Part shown: piece after piece, positions 47,718 to 60,152 of the stretch
Numbering within the stretch: position 1 is the stretch's first letter
Layout of the letters: every line of letters starts with the position of its first letter
NCBI GenBank assembly: GCA_965644295.1
Contig: CBFFRP010000520.1
Span: 5,114-69,113, forward strand
Direction of reading: 5' to 3'
Origin: Paraphysomonas bandaiensis
Taxonomy: Eukaryota > Protista > Chrysophyceae
DNA length: 64,000 bases
Made by a program: the position numbers and the translations under genes
The notes under the pieces: generated by a model
The model's input: the letters and a program-made list of their open reading frames with translations, nothing else
What the model was told of the DNA's origin: nothing
Databases searched by the model: none

Positions 47718-49604
47718 ATAGCATGATTTCTTCTGCCTTGTGTGGATGGCTGTTACTGCCATCTCGGACCTACAAAGTCGCGGAGAATGAAGCCAGCTTA
47801 ACCTACCTTGCTTCATAGTGCTGCTGCCAATATTGATTCGTAATAATGACTGTTCATTTTTGAATTGTAGTTGCCATAGCGATCCCTCTTGAATGATTTA
47901 AAAGTATGGTATACTATTTAACTGCGTTTCCTGTATATGTAAAATGTTCTTACTAGCTACAAGTGAGCTACCAATAAAATAACAACGTATCCATCGCTTA
48001 TGTACGAATCGTATTGACATTTCAGTACTTTTCTACTGCGAAAAAGGAATCGCTGTTCTAGCCTATATCCTTATCCCCATATTGTCTCAAAAAAAGCCTT
48101 TTCGACCTGATTTTGTCTCAACAGGGCGCTCATATCAGCACCAGGCAAATATAGACATTAATCTTCAATATTCGGTTCAACAGAAGCTCACTTCTATCTT
48201 AATTATGATAATGACAGTCATATATATGTCTGTGATTTCATCACAGTAGAGAAACCATAATTCTTGAGTTAAATCATTAGACACTTCAAGTTATATTCCA
48301 CCCTTCGCCTGACGATGCGGAAGATCGTAATGATGTCAGTGCAAGCGATCTATCTTCATAGCCAGGACTTCGAAACAACTTCAAGAATATTTCAGGAGAG
48401 TTTAGTACCATATCTGATGCTGTATAGGTGGTAAAGGGCAGTGGCATCCAGTTGTTTCAGAGTTTGGGTTGCATTGTGCTTATATGAGGTTATTGTGAGC
48501 CTCAAATCATACTCATATCATTTAATCAGGTGCACTAGCAGAGGTAAAACGCATTCTATATAAATGTGATGATGATGCTAATTAAAAGGCAAAATAAGAA
48601 GCCTGTCGTGCGACTACAACTGCTCACATTCATCATCACATTTATGTACAAATTTCAACACCTCGCAGCTGCTTATAATTTCATCAGTATCCTTCTGAGG
48701 TTGGAGTACATTCTTTGGGGGTTTTTTGGTTGAATTTATAGTGCAAATTATGCTTTTCCCAAAGCATACACAGCCAGTATACAGTATACAGGCCATTCGT
48801 TTGAAACAATACGACTATTCATTTGTTTTCTCAAAGTTAATCAGGAAACACCTATTTCTTATTACAGCAAGCAAGCTACTAAAAAGTAGAGTTATACAAT
48901 CTAATATTAAGTTTTCATTATCATGAGTATAAGCTACAATTTAACCTAGGGACAAAGAGTATCATCCCTTGTCTAAATCTTAAAACTCTGGCTTTTTGCC
49001 TTCGTTTCAAAATTTTGAGCGCGGGACGATATAGCCTCCTCTTATTGCCCGTGTGGTTAAATATAACTATATAATATTATATTATCAGGACATCATCATT
49101 ATGAATGGATGGAATTATGAATTATAACTGCCGGGGACTGGGTACCAATAATGGCATTTACTGGTACTAGATATTATCTTGATATATTATATATTATGCT
49201 ATCTATAATATAATAGTATTATAGAATTAAATGTTTTTAAGGTATAGTATCTCCACTAAAATAGTTATACTGTGAAGAAACTCTGGTTATAGGGATAGAA
49301 CCAATTTATATTACAAAGCCCGCCAGTTATTTGATATATATATGCTGGTACAAGAATATTTCAGGGCTGCATCCATACCTTTCCCCGAATTCAAGCATTA
49401 AGTAAGTCGAGGTAATAATACCCAAACCTGGTATAAAGCAATTTCACCACAGTTTTCATATAATATATCTAAGTATTGAGTTATTATTTTACTGTAATAT
49501 TTGTATCTGAGAGGTTAAAGATAATGAAAAAGTAACATTTAACTGCATCATCTTTCCCTTCTTGTTGTTTTTTGCTGTTTGCGAGCAATTAAAAGCGAAT
49601 ATAG

Positions 49605-49965
49605 ATCACTCAAAGCAAACGCAGTTGATATTCCTGACTTCTGAAAACTTCAGGATTTTGGGGTTCTTAAGATGGGCCCATATTCCCAAATGCTTGACTT
49701 CAGCAGGCAGCCCAATACCACGGACACCTGTTTATTACTCAAGGTTCAAAGACGTCTAAACAAGTGGCACTTACTTGTGTCCCGTTTACCATACACAAGC
49801 ATTTGGCTATGAATAGGCAAAAAATTATCTGCTGACAGTATATGCGGCTCACGTTAGTTTCCCGGATAAATATATTCGGTACTTATTCCCCAGAACACTA
49901 CAAAAAGGTGCGAGTCCGACTTTGTTGACGGACAAGATCTTGATGTGCCAGTGGAGAGCGAAAAG
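49605..49965 (+). pseudogene. Family R fragment with the longest colinear reading frame
   Basis: FLRWAHIPKCLTSAGSPIPRTPVYYSRFKDV*TSGTYLCPVYHTQAFGYE*AKNYLLTVYAAHVSFP..LIPQNTTKRCESDFVDG. Confidence 0.8.
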
Positions 49966-49974
49966 GATGATGAT

Positions 49975-50120
49975 ACTACACTTAATATGCTGTTGTTTCT
50001 GAAAGCTAACCGACAGTTGTGGCCGGATGCAAGCATATTTCAATCAATATTGAATGAATATGGTGATGATGATGATGTCACCGATGATGGCTCAGAGGAT
50101 GAGTATGAGGAAACTTTTAA
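49975..50120 (+). pseudogene. Second hAT-like transposase C-terminal remnant
   Basis: TTLNMLLFLKANRQLWPD followed by an acidic tail. Confidence 0.6.
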
Positions 50121-50957
50121 TTAGTTAAGAGTAGTGGGTTTGATTATCAAGTGACCTTAGACCTTATAAAATATGGCAAGTGCTAAAAATGAAAACTACG
50201 GATGTGTTTACTTACTGATTAGTCATACTAATATATTGGTATTGTAGGGCCGGTTTAAAAAATCCATCAATACTATTGATGGAACGCTACCTAACAATAG
50301 TATTGCAATATATTGTTCCCTATCCCTGACAATATATATATATATTATATATTATGTTGTTTGTTGTTACGTAGTTATGATTTGTAGACTGCTATTGTTT
50401 AACTAAATTAGTAGTTAAGGATTAAGGGAGATTCACAATTTACATTATCTATTAGGAACGGTATTATGTATTATCTTCTCAGGTATTAATGACCGGGACA
50501 TTTTTCATATAATTGCTGAGAATAGGGCTACCATTGATGATGGTACTAGGCCCAGATGTAGATCAGTCAACTTGACAGTACAACTACTAATTTACTTCCG
50601 TACGTTGGATCATTCTGGCATTTCTAGATGCTTTACACAGTTTTATGGACTACACAACATCACTTTTTCGCACAGTATGCATGCTGCTGTGTGTTGGACT
50701 ACGATACGTATTCCAACATAGCATAGCACTATCACACACACACAGAAATAATGCTATCGTAGAGAACTGTTAACACGAATTAAGCACAGAATGAAGATAT
50801 ACTAAATTACGGCACATCAAACTAGTAACCGAAACTGCTACTACCTTATCTCAGTGTACTATACTGTTGAATGGAACCTGTCGTACATGTATCACTCCGA
50901 AAATCTCTACTGACAGGAATATAATATCATTTCAAAACATGAACGAGCAAGAACTGA

Positions 50958-53900
50958 TTAGGGCACGATCCCATTTGTGTACCATTGAAATGTATCATAG
51001 TTTTTAGTTCCAAGATTGCTGTAGCTCTGAATAATGAGGTTAAGGCAGTACTCCACAGCGTCTGTACCGCTGAGGTCATTACGGAACCTAGTCCGCAACT
51101 TATCGACTATCCCTGCACAGTCCTTTCCCTGGAAACAGGGGAAGGTCGAGTCTTGTGCCATCACCTCCACAGCAGTGAGGATGGCGGTGGACTTGCTGCG
51201 CAATGCTAGGAACCCCGTGGTAAATGACTTAACGAACATAGAGAAGTAGTGTGAGTCGAGCCCTCCGAAGACTTCCAACATCTCGTCTGTAAGTTTGAAG
51301 GGTGCACTCTCCACTGAAAAAGATCCACCTGGAGCAATGCCGAGTAGAAACCCAAAGTCTATGTGTATTATATGACCTTCAGAGTCCAATAGTATGTTGC
51401 CATTATGCCTGTCCTTGATACAAAATAAGTAGCAGACAAGGGAATATGCAGCCAGAGAAACCACGTAATTGCAGCGCGCTACATGGAGGCGTTGCGCTGA
51501 ACCCCCATAAAGCAGCTCAAAGTATTTGGGAAGAGACACGAATCCATCCGTCTTCTTAATGGCATCTATAGAAAGGGTATTGGGAAGAGTCTCCACGAAT
51601 CCCGCAGAGGGGCCTGTCGAGACTATGCGGTATGGTTTCAGCCATAGCATGTCGTCCAATCCAGCCTCAGAAAATATCTCTTGGCAGAGTTCAATCAACT
51701 GAATACAGGCAACTTCCTGGCGAAGATCATCGTTACTCTTTACGATGAATGACCGAAGATCACGACAGGGCCAACTATGGGACTCAAACCCAGAAACGTG
51801 CGGAGGCGCTGGTCCATGGAGCACCCAGTCATCCTGATTGTCCTCTGCCGAAGTGACTTCAGCGAGGTCCAAATCGCTCCCATCCGGTATACTCCGACTA
51901 CGAGTTCTACTGCGATTTCGATTGCTGTATTCAGTCACACTCCATACCGACTGTTCTTTTCTGCCCTCGCCCTCTGGCTCACTGTCCAACAGTCGTTGCT
52001 TTCGCTTGCTCCACTCCTCGCCATAATACGATTCCAGTCTAGCCCGTGCAAGCTCCTTATCAGTCGTCTTGGCCTCGTCACGGTATTTAAAATCGGACTG
52101 CACAAGAACAGCATACTCCTCTTGTGTGATAGCTCCCTTCTGAAGTAAGGAGTTGGCAGATGATATCACTTGTTTTGTGATCTCCGCGTCCACCTCAGGA
52201 AGTCCTTCCGCCAGCAGTGGGTCAAGATCCGCCTCGTCATCGTCCTTCACAAGAACTCTCCTGCTTCTTTCCCCATCCCCCTCAAGGGAAGGAGAGGAAC
52301 CAGTCGAGCTTCCCGCCCTCACATTGTTGTTACTTCCCAGACGCCTCCCCCTCTGTGAGGCGCCCTGTTGCATTAGACGCTGCTGTCGGGCAGGCACTAC
52401 CATACCAGGAGGGAGAGCAACCCCACCGGAATCCTCCTGCTGAATAACGTCGTCTGCTTCGCTGACACGTTCTCTGCTCATGTCCTGTACAGTCTTTGTC
52501 AACTTTTCCTGCAAAATTCCAGACACATCAACTTCTCCTGTTCCAGCTCCTTCACCCACAATACTAATGTGATGTCGCCTCTGGGGCGTGTGAGGATTTT
52601 CACCAGGCACACCATTTCCTACACCGACAGCCCTACCATCATCTAACACAACTTCAAAGACTACCAGACTGGGGGCTCTGGCCTTCGTACGGAATACCCT
52701 GCACTCTTGCAGGTATATGCGATTGATGCGGTAGCAGGGCTCTCCGGCTGCACCTGTGGGGTCCAGTCCCCACTGCAGTAGAATTCCGCCGGAATCTGTG
52801 AATTGCTTCAGGAGCTCAGTCTTAAAGTGTTCTGTCCGCAGAGGGCGGTCCACATTTCTCAGGCCATCCACCAGTTCTGTCAAGCGCTCTATAAAGTCAA
52901 GTTGGGCAGAGAGTCCTTTCCACACCCCTCGCTCGCCGCCCTCAGCACCTTGCCACAGGAATAAATCCACACACTTGGGTGTAACTTCGGTACCTCCGAC
53001 ATCACCTGTGCAGTCGCATTCGCTGCTATCACACACCCTTTGTCCCTGTTGAACGACACTCATAGTCAAGGCAGGTTTGGTAGCCCCCAGTACCCGCCGC
53101 TCTGCAGCCTCTCTCTCTTGATCTACCAGCACCTTTTTCCTCACCCGCATCAGTGTGTATAATTCTATCATCAGCTCCTGCTTCTGGTGGTGTGCTGGGG
53201 TAAGAATCTTCTGAAGCACCGACCTTTCCGGGGCTTCCATGGTATTAGGTGTCACGGGAATACCCTCTGATGGTACTGACGGTGACGGTGGTTGGGCGTC
53301 TGTGAGGGAGGAAGCTACTCCGTATGTGAGAACCTCTAGTTGAAGCAATAGACACACACAGGCGGCGTATTGAGCTTGCGATATTCGTCCCTCTTTGTAA
53401 TCGCCAATAGATGCCAAAAGTGACCAGGAAAGCTTCATGGCTAGGTGAGGGAACCTAAGAGCTACCGCGAGGACTCCCTGTTGCAACACATCCAGCACTG
53501 CCAAAGAAGTGCAAGACCTCGTCTTAGAAAGAAGCAGATGCACCTGAAGCACTTGGGGCCAGTAGAAATCTATTAAATCTGGATCCTCATCAGCCACTTG
53601 GAGCATACGCACCACTACAAGGGCATACAATCTTGTTCCTGTACCAGCCTGCTGTGCTGGTGTGAGAGTGGCACCTGGGTTGCGCAGGAACCCGATAATA
53701 CTTTGCATATCGTTCCCAAGAGCAGCAAGAGCCAACCTCATTCTGTCACACTCTTCCAGCAGTACCTCTTGTCGATACTCATGATCCACCTTACGGAGCT
53801 CTTCGAACTCACTCTCACTAAGTTGGTGCTGCTCTTTTAGCTCTGCGGCCTGGTCTAGGCGCTTGGATACCTTGCGCCTAATCTTGAAGGAGGCCTTGAA

Positions 53901-54592
53901 GCGGTCTACCCCAGCAAGCACCTCCTCAGTGCGTTCGTGTAAAGAGAGAGTATGCACATACACAAGACTCTTGAGCCATACAAGGCATGCTTGTGCTTCT
54001 CTACAGTCGCTACATGTCCGGGCTGCTTCCTCCGCCCCGATCTGCAACACTGGGGCGCTTTCTGTCATATGCTCTGGAGAAAAGGATCTGCCGCAGCATC
54101 TGCACAACACACCGCCTGACCCTAGTGCAGCGGCGGTTCGGGGACACTGCGTATTTCCAACTGGTGCAGGAGGGTCAAAACAAGCCTTAGAGGGTTTGAA
54201 CTCTACTAGCTCCGTGTTAGCGAAATTGCACTCAAGGCTGGCTCGAATATGAAGGATCCACTGAGTTCGCTGTTCGGGGGTAGAAGCGGACATATAATAT
54301 GTACCGCCCATGTGCGTAACAGCCAAAAAGCCATTGGGGTAACTCGCGTTTCGCCCTTCTCCGTCCCACTTGGACACACCGATGACCTCCACAATACATT
54401 TCGGTGTAAGGGACAAATTGGCCTCTTCTTCGCTGTCGAAGTCCATAAGGAGCGTGCCCCACAGGACGCAATACACACGCTGCATGAGCACACATAAATA
54501 AATCATATGCTGACATTACATCACGGAAACACTACCTGCATAGGGGGCGACTTGCTCGATGAGTTACGTTTCATTAAATAGCTCGCAAACAT
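50958..54592 (-). CDS. PI4KB: Phosphatidylinositol 4-kinase type III beta-like with N-terminal PH and Cys-rich domains
   Basis: VFRTKARAP, VKSNDDLRQE, KDRHNGNILL, IHIDFGF. First exon 54592 to about 54536 (MFASYLMKR) splices to RVYCVLWG (PH-like). Confidence 0.9.
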
Positions 54593-54812
54593 GATGGAGG
54601 AGCAGGTCGACAATCACACACAGATCAGCTAAAACACATTAAACTAATTACGAGAAAACCAACACGAATGACTACCAAAAGACTGTCCCTGTACCAACAC
54701 TAAAACAATAATAACACACCGCACACGACTCGACGAACAAACAAGTCAGTGAACGACAGAGCAGATAATACCACTGGAGTACTGTACCACTGTACATGTA
54801 TGTATGTGTGTA

Positions 54813-54971
54813 GTATGTATGTATGTATGTATGTATGTATGTATGTATGTATGTATGTATGTATGTATGTATGTATGTATGTATGTATGTATGTATGTAT
54901 GTATGTATGTATGTATGTATGTATGTATGTATGTATGTATGTATGTATGTATGTATGTATGTATGTATGTA
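54813..54971. repeat. (GTAT)n microsatellite between divergent PI4K and PCCB
   Basis: Direct reading. Confidence 0.97.
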
Positions 54972-55142
54972 CAGCGGGGTTATGATGTCCTGTGCTGTAT
55001 GGGTGTAGGGGTGACGTATGTGCCTACATCCATACCATGTATGTAGCAGTAGTGTTGTGTGTGTGGTTCGAGGGTGAGCGGTTGTTTGCATACATTAAAC
55101 TGCACTTGTTTCAAGGTATAGGCGTATTGTAGGTCTGTCACC

Positions 55143-57005
55143 ATGTTATCATTTAGGCAACCCTTTCGTAGTGTTTCGAACAGGGTTTCGAGGTCTTTGT
55201 CGAGCAAGGGTGTGGGAGTGGTAGCTCTCAAGGAGGCCTTCAGAGAGCGTCTTGATGACGCGAGGAACCAGTCTCTGGTTGGCGGCGGGAAGGAAAGGAT
55301 TGCTAAGCAGCATGCAGGCGGAAAGCTTACTGCACGTGAGCGAATCTCGCTGCTGGTTGATCCCGGGTCCTTCAGAGAGTACGGTATGTATTTGAGTTTT
55401 TTTATTTTGTGTGTGACCTCTCTCTCTGTCGCAGATATGCTCAAGACACATAGGTGCAATGAATTCGGTATGGATAAGAACAAACACTATGGCGATGGTG
55501 TCGTTACGGGCCATGGCACTATTGGCGGGAGGAAAGTCTTTCTTTTCAGCCAGGACTTTACTGTTTTCGGTGGATCATTGAGTGAAACCCACGCAGAGAA
55601 AATATGCAAAGTAATGGACATGGCGATGAGAGTGGGCGCTCCTGTCATAGGACTCAATGACAGTGGTGGGGCAAGGATTCAAGAGGGCGTCGACTCCTTG
55701 GCCGGTTACGCGGAGGTCTTCCAGCGAAATGTTGATGCTTCTGGTGTAGTTCCACAGATATCCATGGTGATGGGTCCCTGTGCAGGTGGAGCAGTCTATT
55801 CTCCAGCGATGACGGACTTTATATTTATGGTAGATAACTACCATTCCTGTTGAAGTCGTATAATATGCCTGTAGGTCCAGAGAAGTTCTTATATGTTCGT
55901 AACTGGACCCAATGTAGTTAAGACCGTCACTATGGAGGACGTCACTCAAGAGGAATTAGGTGGGGCTGACACCCACACGACACTCTCTGGTGTCGCACAT
56001 GGAGCCTTCAGTAACGACGTTGAAGCTCTGCGCGCGCTGAGGGAACTCTACGCATACCTACCTCTCAATAACAAAGAGGGTCCTCCTGTGGTGCCCACTG
56101 AGGACCCGAGAGAGAGGCAGGAGGAGAGCTTAAAGTAAATGCTTATGTTATTACCTTTATACTCTGTGGTAAATGCTGATATCTGTTTGTGCTTATGTAG
56201 CTACATTGTTCCCGATGACCCCAATATCCCCTACGACATCAAGACAATCATATCTAAAGTTGTGGACGAGAACACCCTTTTCGAGATCATGTCTGAATAT
56301 GCTCCTAACATCGTTTGCGCTTTTGCACGCATGGAGGGACGTACTGTTGGTATTGTTGGAAACAACCCAATGCATTTGGCTGGGTGTTTGGATATCGCTT
56401 CATCAGTGAAGGCCGCGCGGTTTGTTCGCTTTCTGGATGCGTTCAATATTCCTATTCTCACATTCGTCGACGTACCTGGTTTTTTGCCCGGCACTGCTCA
56501 GGAGCACAACGGTATTATCAGAAACGGTGCGAAACTCTTATATGCCTATGCGGAGGCCACGGTACCGAAAATCACTGTCATTACCCGCAAGGCTTATGGT
56601 GGTGCCTATGATGTTATGTCGTCCAAGCATCTCAAGGGTGAGAGTACTTGAGTACTTCTATCGCGGCTAATATGGAACAGGTGATTATAACTATGCTTGG
56701 CCAAGTGCTGAGATTGCTGTGATGGGAGCGAAGGGTGCAGTGGAGATCATATTTAAGGGCAAGGATGTGGAGGCCCGAACCACAGAGTACACCGATAGGT
56801 AACCTTTATTATGGTCATTTCTACAATTTTCAATGTGTCTGCGTGTCGTAGATTCACAAACCCGATGGTCGCTGCTGAGAGAGGATTCGTAGACGACGTA
56901 CTTGAGCCCTCCTTTACCAGACAGCGCCTTTGCGAGGACTTGGAACTGTTGAGGAACAAGGAGGTGACCCGTCCTTGGAGAAAGCACGGAAATATCCCTC
57001 TTTAA
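55143..57005 (+). CDS. PCCB: Propionyl-CoA carboxylase beta chain, mitochondrial, multi-exon
   Basis: Arg/Ser-rich transit peptide; [65 protein letters not shown]. Confidence 0.96.
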
Positions 57006-57451
57006 CATCTTTAATGTTGCTGCTGATATTTACATGCTACTCACTGTTGCTATTAGTTAGTGCGCAGCTGTAATTAATCAGTACTTTACTGGAAATGAAT
57101 TAGTCGAGTGAAATGATTATCCGAATAAGATCATGTCTATCTGTTTGTAAAATATTGATTGGTAGTAAGACAACAATAGTGGACAATGAATGGTGAGGAA
57201 AGCTATCACAGTTGATATTGATTGACTATTTTTGAGATACCAGGGTCTCTGGCCATCATGGCTAATCAAAACCAAACAGTGTATCCACAGCTCTGATTTG
57301 ATCTTAATGAACTATGTCATGAGAAGGATAATATCCTTCTGCCTTCTGACAATATCCTACTGACTCCACCAACAAGATAGGTTCTAACAGCTAACAGAGT
57401 CCTGCACCTTAGTAGGGCTAATGTAGCAAAACAATTTAAGTAACGAATGCT

Positions 57452-57602
57452 TAACTCTGATATCCTACTCTATGATGCTACGTAAACTGCTTGTGCATCA
57501 CTGCAAGCACCAAGGTGCAGCCACTTTCGCTCTATCGCTCAAAACAAACGAAGTGATCCAGCAGGAAGTTGATATACCTGACATCTGCTGGCTTCAGGGT
57601 TG
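57452..57602 (+). repeat. Family R fragment
   Basis: LRKLLVHHCKHQGAATFAL..LIYLTSAGFR; overlaps in sequence with the 27565 and 49605 copies. Confidence 0.75.
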
Positions 57603-58282
57603 TGAGCCCAGGGACGCGTACCTTTAGTGTCAAGAGGTGCAGTTAATCAGGGGGACGCCCTTGAGGGTAGGGGTCCGCGACGTTTAAGGGAGGGTCGGAG
57701 TTATGTAGACGGGAGGAGAGTGTTCCGAGGTAAAGTGAGATGGTGCGAGGTAGAAGCGTAGAATCTGCAGACTCTTGGGGCGCCGCTGACTGCAGTGAAA
57801 TAGTTGAGCGTAAATAGAGTTGACAGAGACTTCTACGTTGGGGTTTGCATGTGTGCGGGCGTGAAAGGGTTAGAAGAGTAGGGGAAGTGGTCAGCCGCAC
57901 AGATGTGATTCTCTGCTGAGGCACCATCGGGACCGAAGTGGGGGAACTTATGGGTTGTATGGTGATAGTTGGAGATCAAATTGTGGAGGAAGCTGTTGAC
58001 CAGGGGCGGGGTTGGGTGTAGGACACGGATCATCTTGTCAGATGGAGTTGGAGGACCGACGGTTGTCTTTGCTGGATTTGCCTCCTACTACGTGTTCTGG
58101 GAGGAGTGGAAACCTCGAGGAAGCAGCGAAGCGTTGACTGCGATCTTGGAGCATTTGTTTGGCAGCTGCAAATTGTGGTGGAAGTATACTCACCACCGAA
58201 TTTTCAAAGGTACGTAGTCCACGCGAGGTCACACTGCAATGGATTTGTGAGTCCTGCTATTATATTATTATAGTATTAAATC

Positions 58283-58795
58283 GCCCTCAACAAGCAAAGT
58301 CGGACTCGCACCTCTTCGTGGTGTTCTGGGGGATAAGTACCGGAGAGACTCTCTCTAGGAAACTAACGTGAGCGGCATATGTAGTCAGCAGATATTCTTC
58401 TGCCCACTCATAGCCGAATGCTTGTGTGATACAAGGGACACCAATAAGTGTCGCTTGTATAGACGTCTTTGGGCCCTGACGAATAAACAGGCATCCGAGA
58501 ATGGGCCCACCTCAAGGGCATCAGGGACAGGGCCCACCTGAAAGGTAACCGGGGTATTGGGCTGCCTGCTGCAGTCAAGCATCCGGAATGTTTACCTTAA
58601 GAACTCAGAGCGGAAGTGGTCGCACATTGGTGATTGCGGCGACGCACAAGCAGCTTCCGTAGCGTTAAATAGTAGGATAAAAAAGTGTGTACTGATTTTA
58701 CAGGTAGAGGTTAACTAGTTTGTCTAGCATTAATCTAGCTACTAAGTTGGTGCAGGTTTCTAACGCCTATTGTTAATAATAAGACTTTCAATATA
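58283..58795 (-). repeat. Family R fragment (longest copy)
   Basis: Colinear with the 27565, 28964, 49605 and 61838 copies. Confidence 0.88.
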
Positions 58796-58859
58796 TATTA
58801 TTAAGTATTAAATCATATATATAAATGACATGTTTGTATATTATATACAACTCCAGGCC

Positions 58860-59280
58860 ATAAGCTACAAGCAAACTTCAAACATAAAGAAATTGCATCT
58901 TATTATCAATAATTAGTATTATACTACCTACAATTCCATGGTCAACGGAAGGTCCAAAGGAATCACCTTTATACATAAACATTATAGACATATCACATTG
59001 ATCACAGCAGACTTATCATCAACGTATAAGGGAAGATAAATTCAGTAATTCATTTGTAGTTGATGACAAATTTAACTAGTTTAAATGAAACATACACATA
59101 CGCACCAAAATACTTGACGGAATATACACAAAGTACAACCCCTTTAGGAGAACATAGGATACAACTGTAGTACTGGATAATTCGGCAATACACATCTATT
59201 AGCATGAATATATAACCCGGAATTTTCCAGCCTTGCGCATTATTATAATGTCCTGTAAATATCATCAATCATAGTTCTCA
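58860..59280 (-). pseudogene. Decayed coding fragment homologous to 10750-11600
   Basis: ENSGLYIHANRCVLPNYPVLQLY versus ENSGFDIHADRRVLPDYPVIQLY, with many synonymous differences. Confidence 0.7.
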
Positions 59281-60152
59281 TCATTAGTCTTCGTTACACA
59301 TCTGTTATCACTTTGTCTGTTTGTGTTATATCAATAGTAAGCATATCATATCATTGTCTATTGTCATAATATTATTCAGTAGATCTTGATTCTTAGAGTT
59401 GATATTAATAATAATTGTATTATTTTGAACATAGAATATACACGAGCATAAGCATATACAGTAGAGAGTTCATAGTCTAAAATAACGCGATAGCTGTTTA
59501 TTAAAATTCGTTTTCAGTGTTAAGTCATTTACTACCAAACATCCTCATGTCAATTTCTGATCTTATACACGCTTTGGGTTATTATTTACACTTACATATA
59601 GTTCTGTCCTCATACTATACTCATTGTAGCATACAGAGCAGATCTCTATGATAAGCATGCATATAAGGGACTCGCAGATGTCGATATCTTGATACGCCAA
59701 TACACACCAGAGAGTACAACTAATGAGAAAACTGAATCCGAGCCAACACTAACAGACGCTCGATGACAATTTAATGGTTCCTTCCGTTATCATCTACGCC
59801 CTCATCTGGCCCTCCATCCGCACCTGCAACTAGCATACATATCAACTCACTACCCGTAAGAGATACACAGCAGCCACCCTACACAACCCAATGGCCACAG
59901 TGGATACTCGAGGAAATACACTACACAAAACTCATGCTAGCAGTTCTAACTCTCTCCTAGCCTATGGCACATCTAGATATACAGCACAGTGTATATGGAG
60001 CAGCTATTGATACACACATCCGTAAGTGGAAGTGGTTGTACTTCTGTACTGCTGTATGTACTTCTGTACTTCTGTACTGCTGAATGTACTTCTGTACGGC
60101 ACTATGGTTTTATGCATCTCATGTGCCACTGAACGAAACACATTCATTTCGG

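Noticed and set aside
50985-54516. Numerous plus-strand and alternate-frame ORFs overlapping PI4K (likewise over copia and PCCB)
   Set aside because: Shadow ORFs of long GC-balanced coding sequence with no independent motifs.
59005-59040. LYVDD on the minus strand as a reverse-transcriptase active site
   Set aside because: The homologous copy reads LCIDD and no other RT motifs flank it.
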